In this document: positions 13,616 to 22,828 of the stretch, in pieces
Position numbering within the stretch: the stretch's first letter is position 1
Layout: each line of letters opens with the position of its first letter
From: Solirubrobacterales bacterium
Lineage (GTDB): Bacteria; Actinomycetota; Thermoleophilia; Solirubrobacterales; JACPNS01
Direction: 5' to 3'
DNA length: 64,000 nt
Assembly: GCA_051306435.1 (NCBI GenBank)
Contig: JBPPNF010000052.1
Location: 92,921 to 156,920, forward strand
Program-made: the position numbers and the translations under genes
The notes under the pieces: generated by a model
Database searches by the model: none
What the model was told of the DNA's origin: nothing
Seen by the model: only the letters and a program-made list of their open reading frames with translations

Positions 13616-14104
13616 ATGCGAGAAATGGTCATCTACGGCGTCAGCTTCGACATGGTCGGCAAGCAGCCGATCATCCTGCTCAAGGCGGTCGACGGCAATG
13701 AGTTCCTTCCGATCTGGATCGGTCATCCCGAGGCGGCCGCGATCCTGATGAAGCTTCAGGGCGCCGAGACCCCGCGACCGATGACCCACGACCTGATGGC
13801 TTCCGTCTTCGAGGACCTCGAACTCGAGTGCTCGCAGATCGCCGTCACCGAGCTGCGCGACAACACTTTCTACGCCACGATCACTCTGAAGCACGGCGAG
13901 CGCGAGCTCGAAATTGATGCGCGGCCCTCTGATGCGATCGCACTGGCCGTTCGTACCGAAGCGCCGATCTTCGTCGCCGAAGATGTGATCGCCGAGTCTG
14001 CAATCGAATTCGAGCATGAAGTAGAGGACACAGAGGAAGTAGTGGGCAAGTTCCGCAAGTTCCTTGACGAGGTCTCGCCTGAAGACTTCGGCGCAGAGGG
14101 TTAG
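13616..14104 (+). CDS. bifunctional nuclease (BFN/DUF151) family protein
   Basis: Motifs LPIWIGHPEAAAI and ..RPMTHDL...DARPSDAIALA are characteristic of the BFN domain. Confidence 0.8.
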   Translation: MREMVIYGVSFDMVGKQPIILLKAVDGNEFLPIWIGHPEAAAILMKLQGAETPRPMTHDLMASVFEDLELECSQIAVTELRDNTFYATITLKHGERELEIDARPSDAIALAVRTEAPIFVAEDVIAESAIEFEHEVEDTEEVVGKFRKFLDEVSPEDFGAEG

Positions 14105-14252
14105 GTAGTAACAAAACGCACATACTATCGGCGGGGTCGATAGGTTTACAGCAGGCGTCCGCGACCGGTTCGTGGGAGTCTGAGGGCGGTCGATGGGGTA
14201 CCTGACGGCGACATCTGGTCGCAGCCATCCCCCCACGTAAGGACACCCCGGA

Positions 14253-14882
14253 ATGCGGTCTCTCGCGATCCTCATCTGTAGTTCACTGCTCATCGTCTTC
14301 GGACTGAGCGTCGCCACCGCGACCGCAGCCACCCCCCAGCTGACCCTCCCCGAGCTCGCCTGCACGGAGCTTTGGGAAGCAGAAGACGATTACGTCGGGA
14401 TCGACGCCACGACGGATCTCGAAGCAGTTCCGGAAGACGAGACTCCGGTCAGCGACGGAGCCGACGACCTCGTGATGGTGGGCACCTCAGAGGATGAGGC
14501 CCTTGCCGGCACCGACGACAACGACGTTCTCTCAGGCGGGGGCGGCGACGACGACCTCTGCGGCGAGGGCGGCGACGACGAGATCAGTGGCGGCGCAGGC
14601 GACGACATGGCCGACGCTGCCGCTGGCGACGATCAGGTCTCCGGGGGCGCCGGTCGAGACAGACTGGTCGGCGACGACGGCGATGACAGACTGGTCGGCG
14701 ACGATGGCAATGACCGGTTGAGCGGTGACGCAGGCCGCGACCAGCTCAGTGGCGGCGCCGGCAACGATCGCATCTACGCGAACGATGGCGAGCGTGACAA
14801 GATCCGCTGTGGTCGTGGCAAGGATCTCGTGTACGCCGACCGCAAAGACGTCGTCGCACACGACTGCGAACGCATCAAGTAA
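14253..14882 (+). CDS. secreted calcium-binding RTX-repeat protein, paralog 1
   Basis: Sec-type signal peptide MRSLAILICSSLLIVFGLSVATATA. About 10 nonapeptide repeats of the form L-x-G-G-x-G-x-D-x, then a C-terminal two-Cys cap. Confidence 0.85.
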   Translation: MRSLAILICSSLLIVFGLSVATATAATPQLTLPELACTELWEAEDDYVGIDATTDLEAVPEDETPVSDGADDLVMVGTSEDEALAGTDDNDVLSGGGGDDDLCGEGGDDEISGGAGDDMADAAAGDDQVSGGAGRDRLVGDDGDDRLVGDDGNDRLSGDAGRDQLSGGAGNDRIYANDGERDKIRCGRGKDLVYADRKDVVAHDCERIK

Positions 14883-14910
14883 CTCCGCGCCCTAAGATCA
14901 CGGGATCGCG

Positions 14911-15312
14911 ATGAACGCTCTCCCTCCCCGCACGGGCCTGATCAAGTGGGCCGACCTCACCGTTGACAACGCCGCAGACGTCCGCGATTTCTACGCCGGC
15001 GTCGTCGGCTGGAACGCGATCGGTCTGCCGGTCGAGGGTCGTGAGGACTTCATCATGGCCCACCCCGAGACGGGCGATCCGGCCGCAGGCATCTGCCACC
15101 AGGCCGACAGCCTTGTGGGTCTTCCTCAGCAGTGGCTCGTGTACGTCACCGTGGATGACCTTGACGATTCGATCGCCGCGTGCGATCAACTCGGCGGCAA
15201 GGTCGTCTTCGGCCCGCGGGACTCCGCGACGATGGGTCGCTGGTGCGTCGTCGAGGATCCTGCCGGCGCGGTGATGGCGTTGACTGAGCTGACGCCCGGC
15301 GAAGACGACTAG
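14911..15312 (+). CDS. VOC/glyoxalase-family protein
   Basis: 133 aa with the pattern ..DLTVDNAADVRDFYAGVVGW...GGKVVFGPRDSATMGRWCVVEDPAGAVMAL, typical of the VOC fold. Confidence 0.75.
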   Translation: MNALPPRTGLIKWADLTVDNAADVRDFYAGVVGWNAIGLPVEGREDFIMAHPETGDPAAGICHQADSLVGLPQQWLVYVTVDDLDDSIAACDQLGGKVVFGPRDSATMGRWCVVEDPAGAVMALTELTPGEDD

Positions 15313-15459
15313 CTGTCGCATCGATCATTCGTCGAATCTCGCAATGTCGAGCGGGACTCTTTCGTCCATCCTGCGTCTTATTGACCGTTGGATCGTTGTC
15401 GATGACCAACTCGCGCCGGCCGGATGCCTGGGCACCCCTCTCACCACTGGAGTATCGAA

Positions 15460-16161
15460 ATGAAACGCTCAATCCTTTTGCTCAGCTGCCTGTTGGCTGT
15501 TCTCTGCGCCACAGTCGGCGCAGGTGTCGTTCAGGCCAACGGCGATGCCGAGGGCAGTGACGACGACGTCGCCGTCGTCTGCACCCCTGACTCCGCCACA
15601 CCTTCGACGGGAGCGAAGATCTCGCACGACGGACTCGATTCCCCCGATGACAGCGGGAAGACTGAGACCGAGGACACACCCGAGGGTCACGACATGAGCG
15701 GCGATGACAGCGACGACGACCTCGACGGCGAAGACGGAGCCGATCACATGGATGGCGGTTCGGGCGATGACGAGCTCGACGGTCACGGCGGCGACGACGA
15801 CATCCACGGTGACAAAGGCGATGACGACATCTGCGGCGAAGACGGCGATGACCACATCACCGGAGGTCGCGGTGACGACGAGCTCGACGGCGGCGCCGGC
15901 GACGACAGCGTGCAGGGCAATTCTGGAGACGACAGTGCGTCCGGCGGCAGCGGAGATGACGTCGTGATCGGCAATCGCGGGGCCGACAAGCTCAGCGGCG
16001 GCGATGGTCACGACCGCATTCTTGGCGGCAAGGGCAGGGACCGCATCAACTCCGACGACGGCCTTCGCGACCGCGTCAACTGCGGCGGCGGACACGACAG
16101 AGTGGTGGCCGACGCCAAGGACAAGGTCGCCCGCAACTGTGAAGACGTCACGCGCAACTGA
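15460..16161 (+). CDS. secreted calcium-binding RTX-repeat protein, paralog 2
   Basis: ATG at 15460 after the SD GGAG. Signal peptide MKRSILLLSCLLAVLCATVGAGVVQA, about 12 GGxGxD nonapeptides, and the same C-terminal Cys cap as paralog 1. Confidence 0.85.
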   Translation: MKRSILLLSCLLAVLCATVGAGVVQANGDAEGSDDDVAVVCTPDSATPSTGAKISHDGLDSPDDSGKTETEDTPEGHDMSGDDSDDDLDGEDGADHMDGGSGDDELDGHGGDDDIHGDKGDDDICGEDGDDHITGGRGDDELDGGAGDDSVQGNSGDDSASGGSGDDVVIGNRGADKLSGGDGHDRILGGKGRDRINSDDGLRDRVNCGGGHDRVVADAKDKVARNCEDVTRN

Positions 16162-16187
16162 TTCAGGTACTGAGCTGAGGCATAACC

Positions 16188-16217
16188 GGCCGGGGTCTTC
16201 AAGCGAAGACTCCGGCC
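16188..16217 (+). terminator. hairpin terminator after RTX paralog 2
   Basis: GGCCGGGGTCTTC-aagc-GAAGACTCCGGCC forms a 13-bp stem with one G-T pair. There is no clear U-tract. Confidence 0.45.
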
Positions 16218-16249
16218 GACCCCGTTCTGGTCAGCGATACTTTGTTGCG

Positions 16250-17104
16250 ATGGCGAAGGACACACACCCCGCCGAAGCAATCAGCAATGCAGTGCGCATC
16301 GGCGCGGGCTTTGAACTTGCCCGATGCGACGCCGCCTCCACGCCCGGCTTCACCGGTGGGAAGAAAGCCGCAACCGACGTGCTGGCTTCCGGCGCCCAGG
16401 AGCTCTCCGAACTGCAGGAGCGCCTCTACGCCAACGGACGCGACGGCAGCGGCCCGTCGGTTCTTCTGATCGTCCAGGGCATGGACACTTCAGGCAAGGG
16501 CGGGATCATGCGCCACGTCGTCGGACAGGTTGATCCGCAGGGCGTGAAACTGACTGCCTTCAAGGCGCCGACCGACGAGGAGCTCGACCACCCGTTTCTG
16601 TGGCGCATCAACAAGGCGCTGCCAAGACCTGGCTACATCGGAGTGTTTGACCGGTCCCACTACGAGGACGTGCTCGTGGTCCGGGTCCACAACTTTGTCC
16701 CGCGCGCGACCTGGTCGCGCCGATACGCGCAGATCAACAAATTCGAGCAACGCGTGACCGAAAGCGGAACCTCGATCATCAAGGTGATGCTGCACATCTC
16801 GTCCGAAGAGCAGAAGGCACGGCTTGCTGAGCGACTGTCCCGCAGAGACAAGTACTGGAAGTTCAACCCGAACGACGTCGACGAGCGCGCGCACTGGCCC
16901 GACTACATGGAGGCCTACCAGGCGGTGCTCGACAAAACCAACACTTACGAGGCCCCGTGGCACGTGATCCCCGCAGGCAGCAAATGGTTTGCGCGCCTCG
17001 CGGTCAACCAGTTGCTGCTCGAAGCGCTCCGCGACCTGCATCTCAAATGGCCGAAGGCGACCTTCGACGTGAAAGCCGAACAGAAGCGACTGGCGCAGAC
17101 CTGA
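16250..17104 (+). CDS. ppk2: polyphosphate kinase 2 family protein
   Basis: Contains GMDTSGKGG (Walker A of PPK2), FDRSHYEDVLVVRV and HISSEEQKARL. The ATG at 16250 is the first start clear of the upstream gene. Confidence 0.88.
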   Translation: MAKDTHPAEAISNAVRIGAGFELARCDAASTPGFTGGKKAATDVLASGAQELSELQERLYANGRDGSGPSVLLIVQGMDTSGKGGIMRHVVGQVDPQGVKLTAFKAPTDEELDHPFLWRINKALPRPGYIGVFDRSHYEDVLVVRVHNFVPRATWSRRYAQINKFEQRVTESGTSIIKVMLHISSEEQKARLAERLSRRDKYWKFNPNDVDERAHWPDYMEAYQAVLDKTNTYEAPWHVIPAGSKWFARLAVNQLLLEALRDLHLKWPKATFDVKAEQKRLAQT

Positions 17105-17105
17105 G

Positions 17106-18056
17106 TCAGCTGACGTTCAGCGGGTACGTCTGGCGCGACTGAGCCGTCGCGAGCAGTCGCTCGGCAAGCTCTTCGAACGAAACGCCGGCGGCTTCGGCGG
17201 CCATCGGCATCAGGCTGGTGCGCGTGAGTCCCGGGATCGAGTTGACCTCAAGCACCTGCGGCTCGCCAGTTTCGGGAAGCATGAAGTCCACACGGGCGAA
17301 GCCGTGGCAGTCGAGCAGCTCGTAGGTCTGCACCGCAAGCGCGGAAAGCCTGGCCGCAATGTCATCGCCGACTTCGGCCGGGCAGACGTAATCCGTTTTG
17401 CCGATCTCGTACCTGCTCTCGAAGTCATAGAAGTCGCCGCCGATCGGCACGGCTTCAACGGCCGGAAGCGACTCGCCGTCGAGCACGCTGACGGCAATCT
17501 CACGGCCCTTGATGAACTGCTCGATCAGCACACGGTCGTCGTAGCTGAAAGCAGAGACGAGCGCGGCGGGGACTTCTTCGTGCGACGCTGCGAACTTGAT
17601 GCCGAGCGCTGAGCCCTGACGGGCCGGCTTGACGACGACGGGAAATCCAAGATCGACCTCGATCGCACCCAGCGAGTCCGCGGCTCCAAGGTTGCGAAAA
17701 GCAGTCTCGTTGAATGTCACGAAGCGTGGGGTGGGCACACCGTTCTTCTGGAAGATCAACTTGGTCACGGCCTTGTCCATGCACTGGATCGAAGAGAGCA
17801 CTCCGCAGCCGGTGAAGGGCAGTCCGAGGATCTCCATCAATTCCTGAACCGTGCCGTCCTCGCCGCCGCGTCCGTGCAGAGCGATGAAGACCACCTCGGG
17901 CCCGACCTCTTCAAGTCGCTGGACGAGGCCCTGGTCGACGTCGACCTCGGTCACCTCGTGGCCGTTGGCACGCAGCGCCTCGCCGATCCGCGCACCCGAG
18001 CGCAGAGAAACCTGACGCTCGAGCGAACTGCCGCCCTTGAGAACCGCGACCTTCAT
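17106..18056 (-). CDS. ddl: D-alanine--D-alanine ligase
   Basis: The true start is MKVAVLKGGSSLERQVSL at 18056, with an ATGA overlap onto the upstream gene. ATP-grasp motifs are present. The 497-aa track ORF is an upstream extension. Confidence 0.93.
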   Translation of the reverse strand: MKVAVLKGGSSLERQVSLRSGARIGEALRANGHEVTEVDVDQGLVQRLEEVGPEVVFIALHGRGGEDGTVQELMEILGLPFTGCGVLSSIQCMDKAVTKLIFQKNGVPTPRFVTFNETAFRNLGAADSLGAIEVDLGFPVVVKPARQGSALGIKFAASHEEVPAALVSAFSYDDRVLIEQFIKGREIAVSVLDGESLPAVEAVPIGGDFYDFESRYEIGKTDYVCPAEVGDDIAARLSALAVQTYELLDCHGFARVDFMLPETGEPQVLEVNSIPGLTRTSLMPMAAEAAGVSFEELAERLLATAQSRQTYPLNVS

Positions 18057-19420
18057 TTGTTCTGCGCCCGCTTCATCCGTTCGCCCGCGAGCCACGAGAC
18101 CGCGGTCTGATCGCCCGTCGACCCTGCCGGGGGCGGGGTGACGACGCGGTGCTCGCCGGTCATCGTGCGCCACAGATCGAGCTGGTCTGCAATCACTTCG
18201 CCGATCCTGCGGATGCCCTCGATGATCCTGTCCTCGGGCACGCCCGAGAAATTCAACCGCATCGAGCTCTTGCCACGCGCGACATCTGAACCGAGGTATG
18301 CGCCGGCGCCGGGGACGAACGCGACGTTCGAGTGCAGCGCCTTGGCCAGAAGGTCGGTCGTGTCGATCATCGGTGGCAGCGTCGCCCAGATGAAGAGTCC
18401 GCCGTCGGGCCGGGTCCACTCGGCCTCGGGCGGGAAGTACCGCTCCATCGCCGAGATCATCGCGTCGCGACGGGATTTGTAGATCCCACCGGCCGTGCTG
18501 ACCCAGTCCTTCCAGTCGGCCTGCTCGAAGTAGGTGGTGATCAAGAACTGCGAGACGCCGGAAGAGTTGAGGTCCGCGGCGGCCTTGGCAATGTTGCACT
18601 TCTCCAGGACCGGCGACGGCGCTTCGACCCAGCCCATGCGAAGTCCGGGGGCAAGGATTTTGGAGAACGTTCCGAGGTAGATCACGAAGTTGCCGCCGTC
18701 GAGCTCGCGCAGCGTCGGGAGCGGCTCGCCGCTGTAGCGGAGCATCCCGTACGGGTTGTCCTCAAGAACCAGCAACTCGCGCTCATTCGCGATCTCGACC
18801 AGGCGGCGTCGGCGCTCGAGCGACATCGTCACGCCTGCGGGATTCTGGAACGTGGGGACGGTGTAGATGAACTTCGGCGTGATGCCCTCGCGGTCGAGAC
18901 GCTCGAGCTCCTGCTCGAGCAGATCGATGCGCATTCCCTCCTCGTCGAGATCGATCTGCACGGCCTCGGCCTGGAAGCTGAGGAAACTCGGCACGGCGCC
19001 CGGGTAGGTGGGTGCCTCGGTGATGATCGTGTCGCCGGGATCGACGAAGACCCGCGTGACGACGTCGATCGCCTGCTGGCCGCCGGTCGTCACGAGGATG
19101 TTGTCGCTGTCGGCACGGATCCCTTCGGCGCCCATGACTTCGACGATGCAGTCCTTCACGCCGTCGATGCCGTCGGTCGGTGTGTACTGCAGGAGCTCTG
19201 CGCTGTGGTGGCGCGCCATGTCCACGAAGACGCTCTCGAGCACGTCCTTGGGGAAGCTCTTGGTGTCGGGCATTCCGCTCGCCAGGCTGATCACCTCGGG
19301 ACGATCGGTGATCGACATCATGTCGCGCATCGCGCTGGTCTTGACCTTCTCTGAGCGCGCGGCGAACAGGCGGGCGTAGCGCTCGATGTCGTGCTTGCTG
19401 CTGCGCGGTCTGTTCATCAT
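18053..19420 (-). CDS. PLP-dependent aminotransferase (class I/II, ARO8/LysN-like)
   Basis: 455 aa with ISLASGMPD, the lysine region TFSKILAPGLRMGW, and NPAGVTMS. Confidence 0.85.
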   Translation of the reverse strand: MMNRPRSSKHDIERYARLFAARSEKVKTSAMRDMMSITDRPEVISLASGMPDTKSFPKDVLESVFVDMARHHSAELLQYTPTDGIDGVKDCIVEVMGAEGIRADSDNILVTTGGQQAIDVVTRVFVDPGDTIITEAPTYPGAVPSFLSFQAEAVQIDLDEEGMRIDLLEQELERLDREGITPKFIYTVPTFQNPAGVTMSLERRRRLVEIANERELLVLEDNPYGMLRYSGEPLPTLRELDGGNFVIYLGTFSKILAPGLRMGWVEAPSPVLEKCNIAKAAADLNSSGVSQFLITTYFEQADWKDWVSTAGGIYKSRRDAMISAMERYFPPEAEWTRPDGGLFIWATLPPMIDTTDLLAKALHSNVAFVPGAGAYLGSDVARGKSSMRLNFSGVPEDRIIEGIRRIGEVIADQLDLWRTMTGEHRVVTPPPAGSTGDQTAVSWLAGERMKRAQNK

Positions 19421-19466
19421 TCGTTATTCGCTGCTGACCATCTAGATTCCCACTTACCGTATCGGC

Positions 19467-20135
19467 ATGGACACGATCTGGAACATCTGCCAGGCGATCG
19501 GCGTGGGGGCCGCAGCCGGTCTCTCGCCGCTCGTCGCACTCGCGGCCGTAGTGGTCTGCGTTGCCGCCGGCATCGGTCTTGACGCGTCGAACAAGGACTA
19601 CGACTTCCTCACCGGCGCAGCTGCGGTGATCGTCGCGATCGTCGTGCTGCTGCAGTCGCTCGCGCTGATCGTGGTGCCGGGCGGAATGCTCACCCGCGTT
19701 TCTGCGGACCGGCCGCGGATCATGCCTTTCCACGTCGGACTGGCGATCGTGCTCGGTGCGCTGGGCGGCGCGATCGTCTTCGGCACGCAGAATGACGCGG
19801 CATGGATGGGCGCAGTCTTCGGCGGCGTCCCGGCGGCGCTGGTGGCGCTCGCTTCGGGGCAACTGCTCAAGGGCGTCGGCGAACGCCTCGATCGCGGCGA
19901 GCAGCGCCAGCTCAAGGGCGCCAGCCGCGAAGAGGCCAAGGCTGCCAGGTCCGACTCGGACGCCTCGCGCCGCGTGCTGGCATTCGGCGTTGACATCGTC
20001 ACGGTGATCGCCGTGGTTGTTCCGCTGCTGCTGCCCCCTGCCGGCCTGGTGCTGCCGATCGTCGCACTCGCCCTGATCATCGGCGGACGTCGCCGCGAGG
20101 CCAAGAAACACGAGGGCCTCCGTGTCCTCAGCTGA
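19467..20135 (+). CDS. hypothetical integral membrane protein
   Basis: Several hydrophobic helices, a central charged loop, and coding-like GC3. No family is recognised with confidence. Confidence 0.6.
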   Translation: MDTIWNICQAIGVGAAAGLSPLVALAAVVVCVAAGIGLDASNKDYDFLTGAAAVIVAIVVLLQSLALIVVPGGMLTRVSADRPRIMPFHVGLAIVLGALGGAIVFGTQNDAAWMGAVFGGVPAALVALASGQLLKGVGERLDRGEQRQLKGASREEAKAARSDSDASRRVLAFGVDIVTVIAVVVPLLLPPAGLVLPIVALALIIGGRRREAKKHEGLRVLS

Positions 20136-21612
20136 CGCCGACCGGAAGAAGCTCGTCCTCGTCGTCGTCGACGGCATGCGCCCGGCATCGCTTCAGAATG
20201 CGATCGCTGAAGGCACGGCGCCGAACTTCGGTCGCCTGGTCCGCGAGGGCTACCAGAGCTCAGAGTGCATCTCGTCCTTCCCTTCGCTGACCCCGGTGGC
20301 GACCTCCACGATCGTCACCGGCCGCGGTCCCGGCGAGCACGGCGTGCCCTCGATGAACTGGTACAACCGCGAAGAGCGTCGCTACATCGACTACGGAATC
20401 AGCTTCCCGGCGGCGCGCAGAAGCGGCGTGATCACGGTGCTAAAGGATCTCGTCTACCGGATCAACCAGGACCATCTTTCTGCGGACACGCCGACCTTCT
20501 TCGAGTCACTGGAGAATGCGGGAATCCGCTGCGCCTGCACGACCTACATGATCTATCGCGGTCCGCACGAGCACAAGTTCGTCGGCGCGGGCGTCGCCGG
20601 TGCGCTGGCCGGCGTCACCGGAATGTCGCGCCCGGGATACGGACCGACGCACCTTCTCTATGGCGACATCTTCGACTCGCTCGGCACTGAGTGTCGGTCG
20701 AGGTACGGCGTGCCCGGCAAGCGCGACCAGCACACCGCCTGCGCCGGCATCGAGCTGGTGCTGAACGGCGAGTACGAGTTCATGCTGCTCTCCTTCCCCG
20801 ACAACGACAACTGGTCGCACCGCTTCGGCCCCGACGAGCAGCCTGCGGCGATCGCCAACGCCGACTCGCAGTTCCAGCGCGTGATTGACGCCGCCGGCGG
20901 CTACCGCCGCTTCATCGATGAGCACGCCGTGATCGTCGTCTCCGACCACTCCCACAGCGTCGTGCACGAGGCGATCGATCTCGTCGAGCTGGTCGAGTCG
21001 CACGAGTGGGAAGTGCTCCAGCCGCGCAAGGGCAAGAAGCCCGGCGACGCCGACATCGCGGTCAGCCCCGCAGCTCGCGTGGCGCACATCTACGTGCTGG
21101 ATCCGGTCCACCTCGGCGGCAAGCTCCCGTTGCTGGTCGAGGATCTCCGTCGCGAGGCGAAGATCGAGCAGGTCTTCTGGCTCGACGAAGAACAGGCCTT
21201 CTGCGCACTCGGTGAGGCCGAGCTGCGCTTCAAGCCGGGCAGTCAGTACACAGATCGCCGCGGCCTCAGTTGGGACGTCGATGGCGATCTCGTCGCATTG
21301 GATCTGTTCGTGGAGGGTGACGAGATCCACAGCGAGGAGTACCCCGACGCGCTCGCGCGAGTCTGGTCGGCGCTGCACTGCCCCGGCGCGGGCGACCTGA
21401 TCGTCACCCCGGTGCTCGGCTACGAGTTTTTCGACTGGGGCGGAGTCGCGCATGTCGGTGGCGGCACGCACGGTTCGCTGCACAAAGCAGACTCCGCCGC
21501 GCAGCTGATCGTCACCGGAACCGGCGAGCGGCGCCGTGACCAGCGTGCCTGGTCGATCGCCGACGTGAATTCGCTCGTGCTTGAGCACTTCGGTCTAACC
21601 TCGCCCAGATGA
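20122..21612 (+). CDS. alkaline-phosphatase-superfamily protein (nucleotide pyrophosphatase/phosphodiesterase-like)
   Basis: The N-terminus LVLVVVDGMRPASL...FPSLTPVATSTIVTGRGPGEHG is typical of the type I phosphodiesterase/AlkP core. Confidence 0.75.
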   Translation: MSSADADRKKLVLVVVDGMRPASLQNAIAEGTAPNFGRLVREGYQSSECISSFPSLTPVATSTIVTGRGPGEHGVPSMNWYNREERRYIDYGISFPAARRSGVITVLKDLVYRINQDHLSADTPTFFESLENAGIRCACTTYMIYRGPHEHKFVGAGVAGALAGVTGMSRPGYGPTHLLYGDIFDSLGTECRSRYGVPGKRDQHTACAGIELVLNGEYEFMLLSFPDNDNWSHRFGPDEQPAAIANADSQFQRVIDAAGGYRRFIDEHAVIVVSDHSHSVVHEAIDLVELVESHEWEVLQPRKGKKPGDADIAVSPAARVAHIYVLDPVHLGGKLPLLVEDLRREAKIEQVFWLDEEQAFCALGEAELRFKPGSQYTDRRGLSWDVDGDLVALDLFVEGDEIHSEEYPDALARVWSALHCPGAGDLIVTPVLGYEFFDWGGVAHVGGGTHGSLHKADSAAQLIVTGTGERRRDQRAWSIADVNSLVLEHFGLTSPR

Positions 21613-22361
21613 GCCTGGCCTCCAGTCTTCCCACTCCGGTGCGGCGCGCAGTCATGCGTGCCTCGCGCGGCGTCGTGCGCCTGACCAGGTACAAGGACCG
21701 TTCTGAGCTCGCCTTCTGGATCGATCACTGGGACAGGCACATCCGTGACGGCCACCTCTGGGGCGAGAACACGCTCGAGCTCTCGGGCGACAGCGAAGTC
21801 GCCGCCGAGTACGCGGACCGTCGCCGGCAGCAGGCCCGCGCCGAGGTCAGCCGCGTACTCCAGGAGGCGAAGATCGAGGACAAGAAGTTCTTCGACGGCA
21901 AGGTCGTGGTCGACATCGGTCCGGGCTGCGTCGGGTTCCCCGACGCCGTCGCCCTGTCGGCGAAGCTGAGCTTCGGAGTCGATCCGATCGCCGAGGCGTA
22001 CCGCGACTCGGGTCTGCTGATCGACTCCGACGCGATCTACCTGAACACGCCGGCCGAGCGCATTCCGTTGCTCTCGGAGAGCACTGACGTGATCATCTGC
22101 CGCAACAGCCTCGACCACGTTGACAGGCCGACCACGGTTGTGGCCGAGATCCACCGCCTGCTGCGTCCCGGCGGAACCCTGATCCTCAACGTCGACATCG
22201 ATCACCCCGCAAGCCCGACCGAGCCGCACGAGATCTCGATCGAGAAGCTGCGCGACTGGCTGAAAGCTTTCACCGTCGAGTTCGAAGACGAATGGTCCCA
22301 CGGTCACGCCGGCGAGGACGTGCCCGGCCACGCGGTCGTTGTGGTCGCCACCAGGCCATGA
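21609..22361 (+). CDS. class I SAM-dependent methyltransferase
   Basis: ATGA overlap with the upstream gene. Motif I is VVDIGPGCVGFP, followed by LLRPGGTLILNV. Confidence 0.8.
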   Translation: MSLASSLPTPVRRAVMRASRGVVRLTRYKDRSELAFWIDHWDRHIRDGHLWGENTLELSGDSEVAAEYADRRRQQARAEVSRVLQEAKIEDKKFFDGKVVVDIGPGCVGFPDAVALSAKLSFGVDPIAEAYRDSGLLIDSDAIYLNTPAERIPLLSESTDVIICRNSLDHVDRPTTVVAEIHRLLRPGGTLILNVDIDHPASPTEPHEISIEKLRDWLKAFTVEFEDEWSHGHAGEDVPGHAVVVVATRP

Positions 22362-22828
22362 CCGTGACGGAAGAAACCGTGTCAGCACCCGAAGAACTCG
22401 AGCGCGAGCGCCTGCACCACCGCGTCGGCGACGGGATGCGCAAGCCGCACAACTGGATCCAGTTGATCAAGTTCGGCGCGGTCGGCGCGTCGGGGTACAT
22501 CGTCAACCTCGCGGTCTACGAGCTCGCGCGCCAGCAGTTCGACGTTCACTACATGGTGGCCGCGGTGATCGCCTTCGTCTTCGCGGTGACCAACAACTTC
22601 CTCTGGAACCGCCACTGGACCTTCAATGCGACCGACGGCCACGCCGGCTTTCAGGCCGTGCGCTTCTTCGTCGTCAGCCTCTTCGCGCTCGCGTTCAACC
22701 TCGCGGTTCTACAGATCCTTGTGGCCGCGGGCGTCGGTGAGTTCCCAGCTCAGGCAGTCGCCGTGATCTGCGCGACGCCGCTGAACTTCATCGGCAACAA
22801 GCTCTGGTCATTCGACAGCAGGCGCTAA
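22358..22828 (+). CDS. GtrA-family membrane protein
   Basis: ATGA overlap at 22358. Contains LIKFGAVGASGYIVNLAVY...NNFLWNRHWTF and ...FIGNKLWSF, which are GtrA hallmarks. Confidence 0.85.
   Translation: MTVTEETVSAPEELERERLHHRVGDGMRKPHNWIQLIKFGAVGASGYIVNLAVYELARQQFDVHYMVAAVIAFVFAVTNNFLWNRHWTFNATDGHAGFQAVRFFVVSLFALAFNLAVLQILVAAGVGEFPAQAVAVICATPLNFIGNKLWSFDSRR

Noticed and set aside
14500-14760. Strong 27-nt periodicity in the DNA could be mistaken for a tandem repeat or CRISPR-like array. The same is seen at 15700-16060 and 42280-42440.
   Set aside because: The periodicity is the coding image of GGxGxD nonapeptides and PEPLA peptide repeats inside good ORFs. There is no spacer/repeat architecture and there are no cas genes.
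16004-16249. An upstream extension of the PPK2 ORF overlaps the 3' end of RTX paralog 2.
   Set aside because: The extension has no PPK2 similarity and covers the RTX gene plus its terminator hairpin. The ATG at 16250 gives a normal PPK2.
18057-18599. A 181-codon N-terminal extension of ddl appears in the longest ORF (497 aa).
   Set aside because: The extension lies inside the upstream aminotransferase gene in another frame and is Arg-rich. The canonical Ddl N-terminus MKVAVLKGGS starts at 18056 with an ATGA stop/start overlap.
18783-20177. A 464-aa minus-strand ORF overlaps the aminotransferase (in another frame) and the membrane-protein gene.
   Set aside because: The translation is extremely Arg/His/Asp-rich and low in complexity. 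It is out of frame with, or antisense to, better-supported genes.
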